Positions 24,267-37,240 are shown, counted from the first letter of the stretch. The stretch is DNA of 49,708 nt from Spirogloea muscicola (GCA_009602725.1 WELB01000020.1:581992-631699), one strand, 5' to 3'. Notes: a model not told the origin generated them from the sequence alone. Numbers and translations: made by a program.

Positions 24267-27200
24267 ATGGCCGGGCGGAGCCCACCAACGGAGGCCCAGC
24301 GCAGCTGCAGGCGCCGGCCGGCGGTGTCGCCCGCGGCGGTGGCGCTCGCCGTCGTGGCCGGCCTGCTCTGCGCCCGCAGCGCCGCCGCCGCAATCCCCCC
24401 CCGGCACGCGCCGGCTTGCGTCGGCGGACCAGACGGTGGGCATCCGCCTGGCCGGCGACCTCCGCCTTCAGCTAGCTGGCCTGGGCGGCCGCCAGCGCCA
24501 CGGCACTGAGCTGGCGCGGCGACGGTTAGAGTCTACGTTTGACAATCTAAGTCTGTGGTTCCAATCTAAGTCACAGCTGACGCTGTGCCTGGCGCCCCTG
24601 CAGTGTGCGGGCAACACGACGTGGTCGTGCCGGACCTCGGCATCTCGCCCATGCACTGCATTCTGACGCACACCAACGAGCTGCTCTTCATCGACCGCAC
24701 TGACGTGGGCCCGACGCGCATCAACGACACCACCACTGGGAGCTACGCCTACTCTGTCCTCCTCAACCTTGACACCCATGAACGCCGCGGCCTTGACGTG
24801 GGTGTCCCTGCTACCAGCTGCAGCTGCCCCTCTGCTCATTGCCCTCCTGCCTTCCTTCATCCCCATCACTCACACACCTCTCCTGTCTGCTCTGCCGCTC
24901 GATGCCCTCTCCCGCTGCCTCTTGGTCCTCCTTCCCATGCGGGCTAGTCCCTCCACCCTTTCTCTTTCCCCACTCTCCTTCCTCCAGCCAGCAAACCTCC
25001 AAGATGAGATTTTGTGTGGAGTGCCTTGCGCTCCTCCCCCTCTCTTTGCCCACTGGCCTCCTCCTGGCTGAAGCGCTACTCTTTTGCCGCTGTGGCTGAT
25101 GATTGTGAGCTGTTGTGGGCGCTGTGGTTCAGGTGATTACCAACACTTTCTGCTCGGCTGGCCACACGACACCAGAAGGGTATGTAGTCAACAATGGCGG
25201 CACATTCCTCGTCAACATATCTGGGAATCCGAATCTCGTGAATAGCTACGTATCGGTGCGGAAGTTCTACCCCTGCGGCCCCGGTGGCAACTGCGACTGG
25301 GTTGTCAACCAGACAATGGGCTCCAATCGCTGGTACCCATCATCCATCCGCCTTGCATCGGGGAACATAATCTTCTTCGGTGGTGGCGCCCACAGCGTCG
25401 GCGGCGATGGAAAGAATTCACAGCCTAATCCCACATTTGAGGCAAGCTGCACGATCAACCTTCCTTCTCTGCTACCATGGGTCCTCCTGCGCCATACCCT
25501 GCTACTTCTTTCCTGGGTTTCTGCTACCATCTTGCGGCCGTCTACCTCCCTCTTCCCCCCTCATGCTCCCTCTGCTTGCGCCACTGGCGCTCCACCTCCG
25601 TCCATGACCCTCTCCCCTCCTACGATGTCTGTCCTTCTTCCTGCCTTAGCCGCCGGCTGCCACTGACCCCACCTCTTCTTGAATGGCGGCCCAGTTTTTC
25701 GCAAACTCGGACAAACTGCAGTACCATGTGCCCATCCTCGACGACTCGCTGCCGTACAACCTGTACCCCTTCCTGCACGTGCTGACGAACCAGAACGTCT
25801 TTGTGCTCGCCGGCGCACTAGCATGCGAGATCAACTTCTACATCAATGGCTCCTGCGTCCGCAACTTCCCTCCCATCACCGCCCCTGACGGCATCAACGC
25901 CACGTCCCGCAACCACCCCTGGACCGGTGTGCCATCGCCGCTGCAATCTGCATTGCAGCGATTACCACCATAGTGGTCCGCGAGAAGCCTGACCGAGGTT
26001 TGCACGTCGTTTGGGGGGGGTGGCATGCAGCTGGGACTGCCCTCCTCACGCTAGACCCGTATGCGGGATACAAGCAGATCATCATCGTGTGCGGTGGCGG
26101 CGAGAATCCGGTGCCTGCCAACCAGATCCCGGCTTCTCAGAGCTGTGGCTCCATTGACGTTGACGCCCCCAACCCCAGCTGGACAATTGAGATCATGCCC
26201 GGCACCCGGTGTGCCCATTTTAACCTTCCCACTGGTCCTTCTCTCGGTTCACAGCCAAACATTCTCCTCGCTTCCCCCTAAGCTTCATCTTGGCCATTGC
26301 AGCAAGTTCCCCAGCTGCCCTGCCGCCTGCCTTTTCTCTGCAAGAGTCGAGCACCCTCTCTCAGCATCACCTGCCCCTTGACATCTTTTGACAGGATCAT
26401 GAGCCCACTGGTGATGCTGCCGACGGGTGACATCGTGCTAATTCAAGGTGTACGGAGCGGCCTGGCTGGTTACTACCTCTCCACGGACCCCAACTATCAA
26501 GGTGCCCTCATTTTCTTTGCTCATGATCTTTCCCATCTTAACCCCCTGCCTCTCTGAATCTTGCCAGTGTAGCACTGAAGTGCCCTACTCAATACTTAGT
26601 GACCTTCACCTTATCTAAAATCTGTAACTTATCAAACCGCCGTCTGTGGCATGGGCTTTGGGGCCAGCGTACATGTATCGGCCGGATGTCGCCAATCCAA
26701 GCCCGTCGAACGAGACAGTGTCGCCACGCTTTGCGGTGCTGGGCAACTCCACGATCCCTCGCGTCTATCACTCTTCGCTATCTATGACGCCGAGTGCCAA
26801 AATCTACCTCGCCGGCTCCAACTTCCGTGACACCTACACGCCGCTCAACTACACTGTGTTCCTCGGCACTGAGTTCCGTGTCGAGACATTCTCGCCTCCT
26901 TACTTCTTCACTGGGTGCGGATGGTTCCTCCCTGCCCCCCAGCCCCTTCTCCTTCCTTCCCCCCTCCCTCTTCACTGCTGCCTCTCTGTGGACTTCATTG
27001 TTTACCTCTCTCTGCCACAGTCTTGAGTGTGCACAGTGAAAGCTGGGTCTACGCTGGAGTCATATTCCTAAAGGATAGGGTCTGATGGATCCACATGCCT
27101 TAATTACCCATTGACTCTCCTATATCGCATGACAAAGCTAGTCTCTGTACGTCCTTTCCATCTGCCACGCTTGCTTCCCCTACTCTCATACTTGGGTATA

Positions 27201-30200
27201 GCCTCCACTTTTACACCCTCCACACTGACGCCTGCTGGCCGCCACTGCTGTCTGCTGTCTCAGGCAGCCTCAGCCTCAGATTCTGAGCGCGCCGACGTCG
27301 CTCGCATATGGCCAGGCGTTTACTGTGCAGTTCAGCCTCGTCCAGGCGGGCGTCTCATATTCCAATATCAAGCTGGTGCTGCTTGATGCTGGTTTCAACA
27401 CTCACTCCTTCATCATGGGCCAGCGCGCCGTACGCTGCGCCTACACTGTCACATCAGCGGTGAGCGCCAGTGAACCCTTGGCAAGCTGCCGCATCGACTT
27501 CCAATCCATCAAGCGAGACACACCGCTGCCTGCCTGCAATCCTCCCTCCTTCCCTCTCCTGTCCCGCAACAGCCCAGAGCTGATCCGTTGCAGCTGCTGG
27601 TGCTGTCATGCAGGTGGGAAGCCCGCAGGTGGTGACACTGTCAGCAATGGCGCCGCCCCATGTGGGCATTGCATCACCGGGCTACTACATGCTCTTTGCC
27701 GTCTCAAATGGCGTACCCTCAGTCGCGCCCTGGGTGCAGCTCGGCGGCTTTCCCACACCGCCGCCGCCACGCCCGCCTGCTCCTTCGCCACCACCGCCGC
27801 CACCGCGCCCGCCGCACCCACCACCACCACCGAGCCCACCACCCGGCACACCCGCCCTTTCACCACCGCCGCCTCCGCCACCGCGTCCTCCGCCCTCACC
27901 AAAGCCGCCTCCCCCCCCTCCAAACCCCCCGCCGCCGTCGCCGCCTGCCCCCGCTGGTGCCAACTTCCTAGTGCTTAACACCAATATTGGCATCGTTGGG
28001 ACGTATGCTGTGCTCACCAAGGCCGGCACCATCCTTTACACTGACCGCACCGACATTGCCGTCACGGGGGTCACAAATCCAGCTAATGCATCAGCGTACG
28101 CACATGCCGTGGAGCTAACTATCGCAAGTGGTGCTTCTCGCGCGCTGGCGGGACCGGACCTCAATGACCTCGGGTGCCACGGCCACACCACACCCGATGG
28201 CACTGTCATAGTCGCAGGCGGCTACGCAAAGGTTGTCGGGCCTGAGTTCCGTGCTATTCGCCAATTCAAGCCATTGGCCGACTTTGGTGCAACGACATCA
28301 ATGGCCGCATCGCGCTTCCGTGGCGCGGCGCATCGCCTGCCTGACGGCAACCTCGTCTTCCTTGGTGGCTCGAGCAACGGCAATGACGCTGATGACAGTA
28401 ACCACCATCAGCCGACCTATGAGCGGATGATCAAGCCGCCAGGCCAGAGCCTGCTGTCACTGCCGCTTCTTGCCGGCACACTGCCCTACGACCTCTACCC
28501 AGTCCTTCACCTCCTTCCCACTGGCACCTTCTTCCTGTTCGCCAACACCCAGGTCATGGCACCCTCTCTCCATCTCCTCCCTACTTGACTGTGTCCCTCC
28601 CTACAACCCCTTCCACTCCTCCCTCGTACCAATGTTTTCACTCCCTTTTCGGACCTGCCTTCCTCTACTGTCAGTCCTCTTACTTAGCCACCTCCTTCCA
28701 TGACTGCCGCCTTCTCTGGCCACCGTTATTGGATGGGATGGAAGGCTTGCCAGCCCCTTTTATTCACTGCACAGTATTAGCCTTCTTAGCAGCTCACTGA
28801 AAGGCGTCTCAGTGCTTGCATGGACAGGCCTGCGAGGTGAATCTGACGGCTAGTGGCACGTGCCTGCGAACCTTCCCCAACCTCACAATTGGCGCTGGCG
28901 GGCCAGCAATGGCACGCAGCCACCCGTTCCCAGCCGCATCAGTGCTTCAGGTCCTCAGCCCAGCAGATGGCTATAAGTCGCGCATCACCTTCTGCGGTGG
29001 TGGCAGCCCTCCGACATCTAGCTGTGGTACAATCAGCCCGAGCGATGCCCATCCAGCATATGCTTACGAGTCCATGCCGGGGGCCCGTACAATGAGTGCC
29101 GGCATCATTCTGCCCACCAGTGACATCCTGTTTGTCAACGGCGCCTCGAACGGCTCTGCCAGTGAGCAGCTCAGCTGCCCTCACCCCTTTCCTCGTCTGC
29201 ACCACTTGGCATCTGACTTTTGCCGATGCATTCGGTTGCAGCATCCTTGAACTGACTGGCCTGGTGGGGTCCACTCTGCAGCCAACAATGGTGCCCAAAA
29301 CCCCGTCCTCACACCATACTTGCTGGACTCCACAAAGGCGGTCGGCGCTGCGGGCCGATTCGTGGTGCTCTCATCTGCGACGCAAGCCCGCATGTTCCAA
29401 GCCTCGGCGCTGCTCGACCCAAATGCTCGCGTCATCTTGGCTGGCGGCAATCCTGTTCAAGCACCCAATCAAGCCAAATATGTGGCACCACCAGCCAGCC
29501 TATCTGTGGAAGCTTTCATTCCGCCGTATTTACAGACAGGCCAGACTCAGCCGACCATCTCCAGCGCGCCGACCACGCTGGGCTATGGCCAGCTCTTCAC
29601 CTTCACTCTCACGTCTTTCGCATTCGACGCCCCATCGCTGATTGTGGTCTTCATCGACAGCGGCTTCAGCACGCATGGCCTCAACATGGGCCAGCGTGGA
29701 GTGCAAGGCCTCGTCTCCAGCGTGTCGGGCTCGACCGTCAGCGTCGTGGGGCCGCCCAATGCCTTCGTCGCCCCACCAGGGTACTACATGATGTTTGCCG
29801 TCCCCAAGTCGACGACCACCGGACTTCGTGTGCCTTCCAAAGCAGTCTGGGTGCAGGTCGGAGGTGTGCCAGCATATCCGCCGCCGCCTCCAGCGCCGCC
29901 ACCACCTGCAAAGTCACCGCCACCGCGGGCGTCACCGCCGCCACCACCTGCAAAGTCGCCGCCACCGCGGGCGTCACCACCGCCACCACCTGCAAAGTCA
30001 CCGCCACCTCGGGCGTCACCGCCGCCACCACCTGCCAAGTCACCGCCACCGCGGGCGTCACCGCCGCCACCACCTGCAAAGTCACCACCACCACCGGTGC
30101 CACCGCCGCCACCGCCCAGCCCCTGGACGACCATTGCAACACTAGGCATCAGCCCCCACCACGGCACTGCCACGCGGTTTGGTCGTTTGCTGCTGGTTGA

Positions 30201-32158
30201 CCGCACAGACATTGCTGTCACCAAGCTTAATCAGACAGCAAACCCCAGCAAGTACGCGCATGCGGCGGAGGTGACAATTGCTACAGGCAGCGTCCGTGGC
30301 CTTGCGGGCCCTGCATTCAATGCCCTGGGTGCTTGTGGTGCCACACAACCAAACGGTACTGTGCTTGTCCTTGGAGGTTGGAGCTCCAACTCCACTTCAT
30401 TCACAGCCGTGCGACTCTTCGCCCCAAATTCAGCAGGCAGCTCAGACTTTGCTGGCGAAGTGGCCAACCTTGCACGGCGCAGGTGAACATATCTTCCTTT
30501 GCAGGGACAGATGTGTGATGTGGACACGATCCAGCATCCTTATCGATCTTTTTTTCTGAGGTGTCATGCACCAAGTATCAACATGTGTCCTGCTCCTCTT
30601 TGCTGCCTTAATTTGTAGCTCCTATGTGCCGCTCGAATGCAATTGACGCGGCTCCTGCACCCGCATGCCTCCTCTAGGTATCAAGCGTCGGCGCTGCGGC
30701 TGCCCACTGGCAACACGCTGATTGTTGGCGGCGAGCAGAACACCAACGATACCACTACAGCATTCCAGAACTCGCCCTCATTTGAGTACGTGTTCAAACC
30801 CACGGCCAAGTACGTCAATATGGACATCATGGCCAACTCAATTCCCTACAATCTCTACCCCATCATTCACCTCCTCAAGAATGGGAACATCTTCGTCCTC
30901 GCCAACACCATGGTATGATGTCCTTCTCCTCTACTTTTTGCATGCAGAATCCGGTGCTTGTTTTGTGCTGTGAAGCCAGGAGGCTAGCAATGAAGAAGAG
31001 CACTTACCCTGCCTTTGTATCCTGCAGGTTTGTGAGGTGAACATCACGGTCAGTGGCGCATGCGTGAAGACTTACCCTGAGATTGACCCGTCCCTGAGCG
31101 GCCGTGACAGCCCCTTCTCAGCAGCTTCAGCAATACTGCCACTACAGGCCAGCACAGGGTTTGGCGTCAGCATCATTGTGTGCGGAGGCGGGTATCCGCC
31201 AACGTCATCGTGTGGCACAATCAACACCGAGGCACCTGGTGCAGTATGGCAGTATGAGAGCATGCCAGGGAATCGCACTATGAGCTTTGCAGTGCTGGTA
31301 CCAACAGGCGCCATCATCATCATCAATGGCGCCCGCAATGGCGCTGCCTGTAAGCCACTTGCTGCCCACTACTGCATGCCTCATGAGACACTTGCCGCCC
31401 ACTACTGCACGCCTCACAGGGACAAATGTTTCAGGAATTCGTTGTGTTTAGGATTAAGGGTGTCGGGGTTAGGGTTAGGGGTAAGGGTTTAGTGCAGCAA
31501 ATGGATGGGAGCATTTGGTGCTGGTGCTTATACATGTACTATTTTGTTGGCAGATACGGCTGGCAATCCCAAGGCACCCACCTTGCCTGCATATGCGCCG
31601 TACCTTTTGGACACAACCAAAGCAGTTGGGGCCTCAGGCCGCTTCTCGGTGCTTGCAAATTCGACAGTTCAGCGCATGTACCAGTCAGTGGCAACGCTTG
31701 TGCCAGATGGGCGCATCTTCGTCGCTGGTGGCAACGCGTTCCAGCTGCCCAACACTGCCGCCTATGCAGCAGGCACTCCTCTTGACCTGGAAGCATTTGC
31801 GCCGCCTTACCTGCTGACCGGTGTGTCGCAGCCAACCATCACAAGCTTCCCTTCTTCCCTGGCATACAGCCAGAGCTTCACAGTCTCCTACACCAGCAGC
31901 ACAACCGTTTCAAGTGCAGCTGTGGTTCTGATCGACACGGGCTTTGCTACTCACGGTGACCTGATGAGCCAGCGGCTACTGAATCTGGCAATCACGGCCT
32001 CTGCGACGGGATCGGTCATAGCCACGGCACCGCCGACTGCCTACCTGGCCCCGCCTGGGTACTATCTGCTCTACGTTGTCATCACGCCCACTGGCGGCCG
32101 GCCTCCTGTCCCCTCCGTTGGGAAGTACGTTCAGGTTGGCGGCTTTCCAAATTTCTGA
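24267..32158 (+). CDS. Probably secreted three-module glyoxal oxidase/galactose oxidase-like (AA5; Glyoxal_oxid_N plus DUF1929-type, x3) protein with Pro-rich linkers, multi-exon
   Basis: Exon 1 (24267-24435) has a hydrophobic stretch AAVALAVVAGLLCARSAAAA. Module 1: LGISPMH, NTFCSAG, RWYPSS, YNLYPF, PRVYHSS, GFNTHSFIMGQR, PGYYMLF. Poly-Pro linker about 27750-27955; module 2 about 27960-29870; SPPPPP repeats; module 3 30121-32155 ending VQVGGFPNF*. Confidence 0.9.
29878..30120 (+). repeat. 42-bp coding tandem repeat, extensin-like (AKSPPPRASPPPPP x4 plus partial)
   Basis: Seen in the translation of ORF 29320..30486. Confidence 0.95.
31356..31492 (+). repeat. Intronic 33-bp tandem duplication followed by a degenerate telomere-like tract
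   Basis: cacttgc(t/c)gcccactactgca... at 31356 and 31389; tttagg..ttaaggg..ttagggttaggggtaagggtttag at 31447-31492. Confidence 0.7.
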
Positions 32159-33689
32159 GCCTACATTGTTCGCCCATGGAGCTCTGAAATTGACCACCAA
32201 TGGGCTCCAAGGCAAGCTTGCGCTGCGTAGGCCCACAAGGGCCTTACTGGCTAAGGACGACCACCTGTAATAGAAGCACTCCGACTCTGGCTGCAACAAT
32301 GCCGCCCAAAGTAGGCTTGAATACTTCTTGCTCATTTAGCTGTTAAGTGGGCCGGTCCACGGCTGGAGGCATTTGTCGTTTATTCGTGGTGGCCGAGGGC
32401 GACTCCCTCCAGATAGATGAGGCAGGAATGCTCATGAAAGCCATAAGGGAGGAGGTGCGCTCTCCTAGCTTCTCTAGTTTTCCTTTGACATGCGCCTTTC
32501 TTGTTATCGCCATTACGGCTCACAGTCGAAGCGAGATGGTTTCACCCTCCTGTCTTGAGCTCCTGATAGTAAGGTGGTGGCACATAGTAGTTGTTGTGAA
32601 ATTATTGGACCCATGTCGGTATCATGGCGATAGCTTCTGGCAAGAGCACCGGCTCAGCAGGCATGCTATACACAAATATATGGTGCCCCCTGCACATCAA
32701 TGCAGCACTTGCGTTATGTCAGCCCACTTCAGGACAAGTAAGCAACTTGGGCAAGCAATTTATGTCGAAGTTACAGCCATGGAGCCCTTGACTTCTGCCA
32801 GTCCTGGTGGGTTTTCAAGAGGATGCCAAGTCAGATGCATCACGTCCTCCACCCCATGCAGACCATGCAGGTCAATGGTCATTGAGTGGCATATCGCAAG
32901 GGGTCGGGCTTAAATTGGTTAGTAGTATGATATGAAGTGTGCAGTTGGACGATGAATATCGGACAGCTCACCAGTGCATCTTTTCAAGGCCTTGGTAATT
33001 GCTGCAACATAGTGGCGCCTGTGAGCTATCTGTGTCCTTGTTTGGTATGGCATGGAGGTTCAGATTTGGTGCTGAAGTTCAAAGGAGAGGGACATGTAGA
33101 CGCAAGGTGGCCTCACAGTAATTAAGGACATGCCAAACCAGCAGGAGGCTGGGCTGTAGTGAGAGGCTTACAGTGTCTTCGTCCAAATGCCTAGTGAGGT
33201 GCAGTGGACTTTACGCTCACCAGACCAGAATGCATCACACTCGGCCTCACCAACTGCATACCCCACCGATCAGTTGCACCCCACTCACACTGGGCAACGT
33301 GCTGGAAGTTTGGCTCTCCTTGTGGGGCCAGTCTGTCCAAACTTTGATGCCAGGTACCACTGAGTCTTGGCATTATTGTTGTGTTGAGCTCTGCTTCAGC
33401 AGGTGCTACTCGCCTCGCCATTAATTTGACATTAGGGCTCGCACGTCGCAGTCACCACTCTCTCAGCAAGGACGCTTTTTAAAGAGCGGAGTGCTGCTTT
33501 TGAATGGCCGACCCACCAATTTCAACGACGTCAGGAGGAGGACAAAAAGGCTACTGCAGGCAGAAGGAAGAATGCGGCTGCTGAAATTAATGTAAAGAAG
33601 CAGCTGTAAAAGCCAACCAGATGTATAAGGTCTTCATGACGGAGCCACAGGCTAGGCAGACAGGGCGCTCTCAGTACCTCCGTGTCAGC

Positions 33690-34990
33690 AATAGGAACTC
33701 AGATGACAGAGGAAGAGAGTTAGAGATAAATGGAGAACTTGCTCACTAGTGAAAGAAAGAAATAGCTCTTCCAATGTAGGAACTGAGCTCTTCCAATTGG
33801 CGCGGGGATTGTGATGGCCAGCCCAGAAAGCATGGACAAGGTACTAAGGGCCGAAAGGCGCCAAAATAACACAGCTATGCAAGAGACTACAGCGAACGGG
33901 AGCTTAAGAACCCCGAGTCAGCAGCCGCAAGTCAGAGTAACCTGCAGCTGGAAACGAGGCACCCCGACAAGACCCAGAAGTAGCAGCCAAAGTGCGGCCT
34001 GCCCGTAAGTGCACTGCGTGAGCCAGGGAAAGTTGGAGGAGACGCACAGCCGCATGCGGAACACATGTAAGGCAATGGCTGTGAGGGGCCAGCCCAAGAA
34101 GAAGAAAGGTGCGCGGTGCGCATGTGGATAAACCGGAGGCCAATTTGAGCCTTTCAAAGTCCTGGTAACTGGCAATCAGCTGGCTAAGGAGGGTCTCTAG
34201 TCCACACGAGTGGGCACATACATATCCGACAAGCTACGCTGAGGAGCCAGGCGCCACCACGCAAGCATTAGCCTGGCCTAGTGCGCGCCCAACACGCTTG
34301 TGTATCGCGAGTGCCTGGCAGCGCTGCATCCTACTCGAGCTCTGTGCCTGCGCTTTTGGCCCCTTAGTTTCCTTTCTTTTCTTTCGGATCTTGTCAATTC
34401 TTTTCGGGCTGGCTGTTCGTAGCCCTTTACCCCCTCTGGGAGTGCCACTTCCTGCATACTCTACTCTCGAGTCGCATGCTATAGCTAGCAAGCAAGAAGG
34501 AAGACTGTTCCAGTAAAGGGCGATGGCCAGCCCAGTAAAAGATGGAAGACTTTGAAAGTTTAAGGGAAGGATAAAAGGCGCGCGGTGCGCATGCGATGAG
34601 GTTGGCCAATTAAAGCAAAATACTGTCGGGGCAAAAGCTAGTGTAAGAAGTGGGGCTACATAGAACGAATGGAGAGAAGGGGCGCGGAATCGCACGGAAT
34701 GAAGGCAAGTGCTGCATCTCCTGCCAGGATCTTTTCAGCCCTTTGGACCTTGTTCTTTCTTTCTGGGTTGCTTTTCACAGCCCCTGCCCCCTATGTCTCG
34801 TCAGGGTGCTTCATTTCCAGCTGCAACCTACTCCAACGTGCGGCTGCTGACTCGGGGTTATTGGGGTTATTAAGCTGTAGTCACTTGCATAGCAGTGTGT
34901 TTTTGGCGCCTTTCGGCCCTTTGGACCTTATTCATTCTTTCTGGGCTGGCGTTTTACAGCTTCCACCCTCTTTGAAAGGGATCAGCTTCC
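33690..34990. mobile_element. Cluster of degraded RLE 3' fragments on both strands
   Basis: ORF ends LLTRRY* (about 33670), LLTRGS* (33904), a GSSA*LVGY-type remnant (about 34200) and LLTRGY (+, about 34860); terminal motifs at 33760-33860, 34355-34455, 34735-34790 and 34905-34985. Confidence 0.7.
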
Positions 34991-35054
34991 TGCTTTGATG
35001 GTGGCATAAGTGTGGCGGTAACAATTCAATGAGGGTTAGCAAGGGGGGACTCAC

Positions 35055-35348
35055 CTTGGCCTTCTGCGCCTTAGTGAGCTGCGCGGCGTGGCTGAAGAAG
35101 CTCTGCTCCTGCGCAAACTCCTTGGCGACCTCGTCGGAGCGGCGGAGGCCCTCGGCGTGCTCCTGCTCGGCGATCCACTTGCGGCGCTGGTTCTGGTACG
35201 ACAGCGGGTGCCACGGCTTCTGGTTTAGGTACCCGTGGCTCCACGCCGTGCCCGACTTGGTCTTGCCGTCCGCCTCGGCGCGCGGCGGCGGCGGCTTCCG
35301 CTTGTCCCGCACGCCGGCGCCGGCGCCGGCAGAAGGTGCGGCGGCCAT
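35055..35348 (-). pseudogene. First exon of a CIR-N (CBF1-interacting corepressor N-terminal/Cwc25-like) domain gene; downstream exons not found
   Basis: MAAAPSAG...GTAWSHGYLNQKPWHPLSYQNQRRKWIAEQ...EFAQEQSFF, ending at an AAG|GTGAGT donor (35054). The LNxKxWHP...NQRRxWxAEQ pattern is the Cir_N signature. Confidence 0.7.
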
Positions 35349-35499
35349 GCTTGTGGGTCGGACAGAATCACAGCAGGCTCACATGGGGAGCTCGCTGGCC
35401 AATTAGAGCCTGTGACTAGCTTGAGCGCCGGACGTGGAGCTGAGTACGCAGCCGCTTTGTCTAAGTGCGAGAGAGCTGGGAGAGGAGGGGGATGATGAC

Positions 35500-37240
35500 G
35501 GAGAGAAGGCGTGCGGTGCGTATGAAGTGAAAGAAGTGGCTCTTTCCAATGGAATGAAAGGGTGGCCAATTTTTTAAGGCCCCTGCATCATTTGGCCCCT
35601 TCGGACCTTTGTCAAGTCTTTTTCGGGCTGGCTTTTCACAGCCCTTGCCCCCGTTGGGAGTGCCCCTTCTTTCAATGTCAAGCCAAGACATTGTACAAGC
35701 CAAGACACACTACTTTACATTGAAAGAGCTGTTTGTATCACATTGTTCAGGACGGCAAGTAATGCAGAAGTGAAGAAGGGAGAAATGGGGCTACATGAAG
35801 CGGAGCCCCTATGCTAAGGTGGCACAAAGGTAAAGAGGGAAAGGCGCGCGGGGCGCATGCAATGAAAAGGGAGGCCAATTCAAGCCAATGCACAGGTCAA
35901 GCAGAGGCGAGTGCAAACTAAACAAGGCTACATAATACAGAGACCTAAACTAAGGTGCCTAAGGTGAGATTAGTACCCACGGGAGAGCACAAACAAATCG
36001 GACAAGCTAACTTGGGGAGCTGGAGCGCCGCCACGAAAGCCGGAGGCCTGACTTAGAGCGCGCCCTGCACGTTGATGAAGAGCCAATGCTTGCGAGCGCA
36101 GCAAACAAAGCGAGAGCCGCATTCTATAATATGCAATTAAGGCCTGTGGAATGCTGGAGTGGCCCAAGCTGCCCCCCCGACTTTTACGACGCGCATCAAC
36201 CAGCCGGGCCAGATGCTGGATCAGGGAGGACCATTTCACGCCGTAGCTGCCGTAGATATCCATGGCACACGGGCAACGATGGTCCCCTCGGGATGGTCCT
36301 GGTAGTGTCGCTCCTTCTTGCGTGCAGGCAGCGTGCAGGCAGAGCCCTCGCTGCTGCCTCTGGCTCTGGTCAGGGGACCCGCTTCCAGGAACCCAGTCTC
36401 TCTGACCTGAGGCTGCTTAGCAGGGGTTACTGACTGCTTCGTAGCTGCTTCGTTTCTTTTTAGTGCTTGTTGTTCTTCGTACTTCCCCTGGCCCCTTCTT
36501 GTCCTTTGTTCATTCTTTTCTGGGCTGGCTTTTTCCAGCCCCTATCCTCAATGGGCGAGCCCTTCTTCCTGTAAAGGTCCAGGTCCAGCATCGAAACACA
36601 TTCGCTGGCCACGCAGTGGGCAGTGCTGAACAAAGAAAGTTGCAGCACTACTCCGATAACCCCCCAAGTGATTAGCTCTTGCCAGCGGCAATCGACATCT
36701 TTGGCTGCTTAGGTCCTCGTTTCCTTACTCTGCTTCAAAACATAGCCAATCTAGGCTAGACACGACATGCAGATGTGTTCCCGGCTGAGATGGGCTTGCC
36801 AGCTGCATATCTGTTGTTCTTGCGACGAGGAGTTTCGGCCTGTTTGCAGCGTGCTCAGGCTAATGCTTTGCACCAGAAAGCTGGGCGAGCTCTAGTTGGT
36901 GGCAGAAGGGCTCCGTATCTAACATCTAGTATTCAGGCATCGATTAGTGACCTTCATGTTTTGACCCGTGGTTATTGAGCGGGTCAATCTGCTGTAGGTT
37001 ATGTAGGTGTTTAGATGTGCTTGCTTTGTACTTGGCCATTAGGCCTTTGTTTGTTTCAAATACACCAAACATTCTTTAAGGAGGGCGCGGAAGAGCTCTG
37101 GAAGAATGATACAGATATAAATGTTGAGCACCCAGTGGCCACTTGAGTCCCTGTGCTGTAGCAGCTTGTCTGGCCCCTTCGGACGTTTGTTCATTATGTA
37201 TTCTGGGCTGGCCAATCACAGCCGCCGCCCTCTACTGGTC
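35500..37240. mobile_element. RLE 3' fragments of several families
   Basis: 35970-36300(-) DIYGSYGVKW...SDLFVLSRGY*; 36330-36570(+) ...SDLRLLSRGY* plus terminal motif; 36600-36978(+) ...SDLHVLTRGY*; terminal motifs at 35590-35670, 35838-35882 and 37170-37240. Confidence 0.8.

Noticed and set aside
27685..30224. Gly-rich minus-strand ORFs
   Set aside because: Antisense shadows of the Pro-rich linkers.
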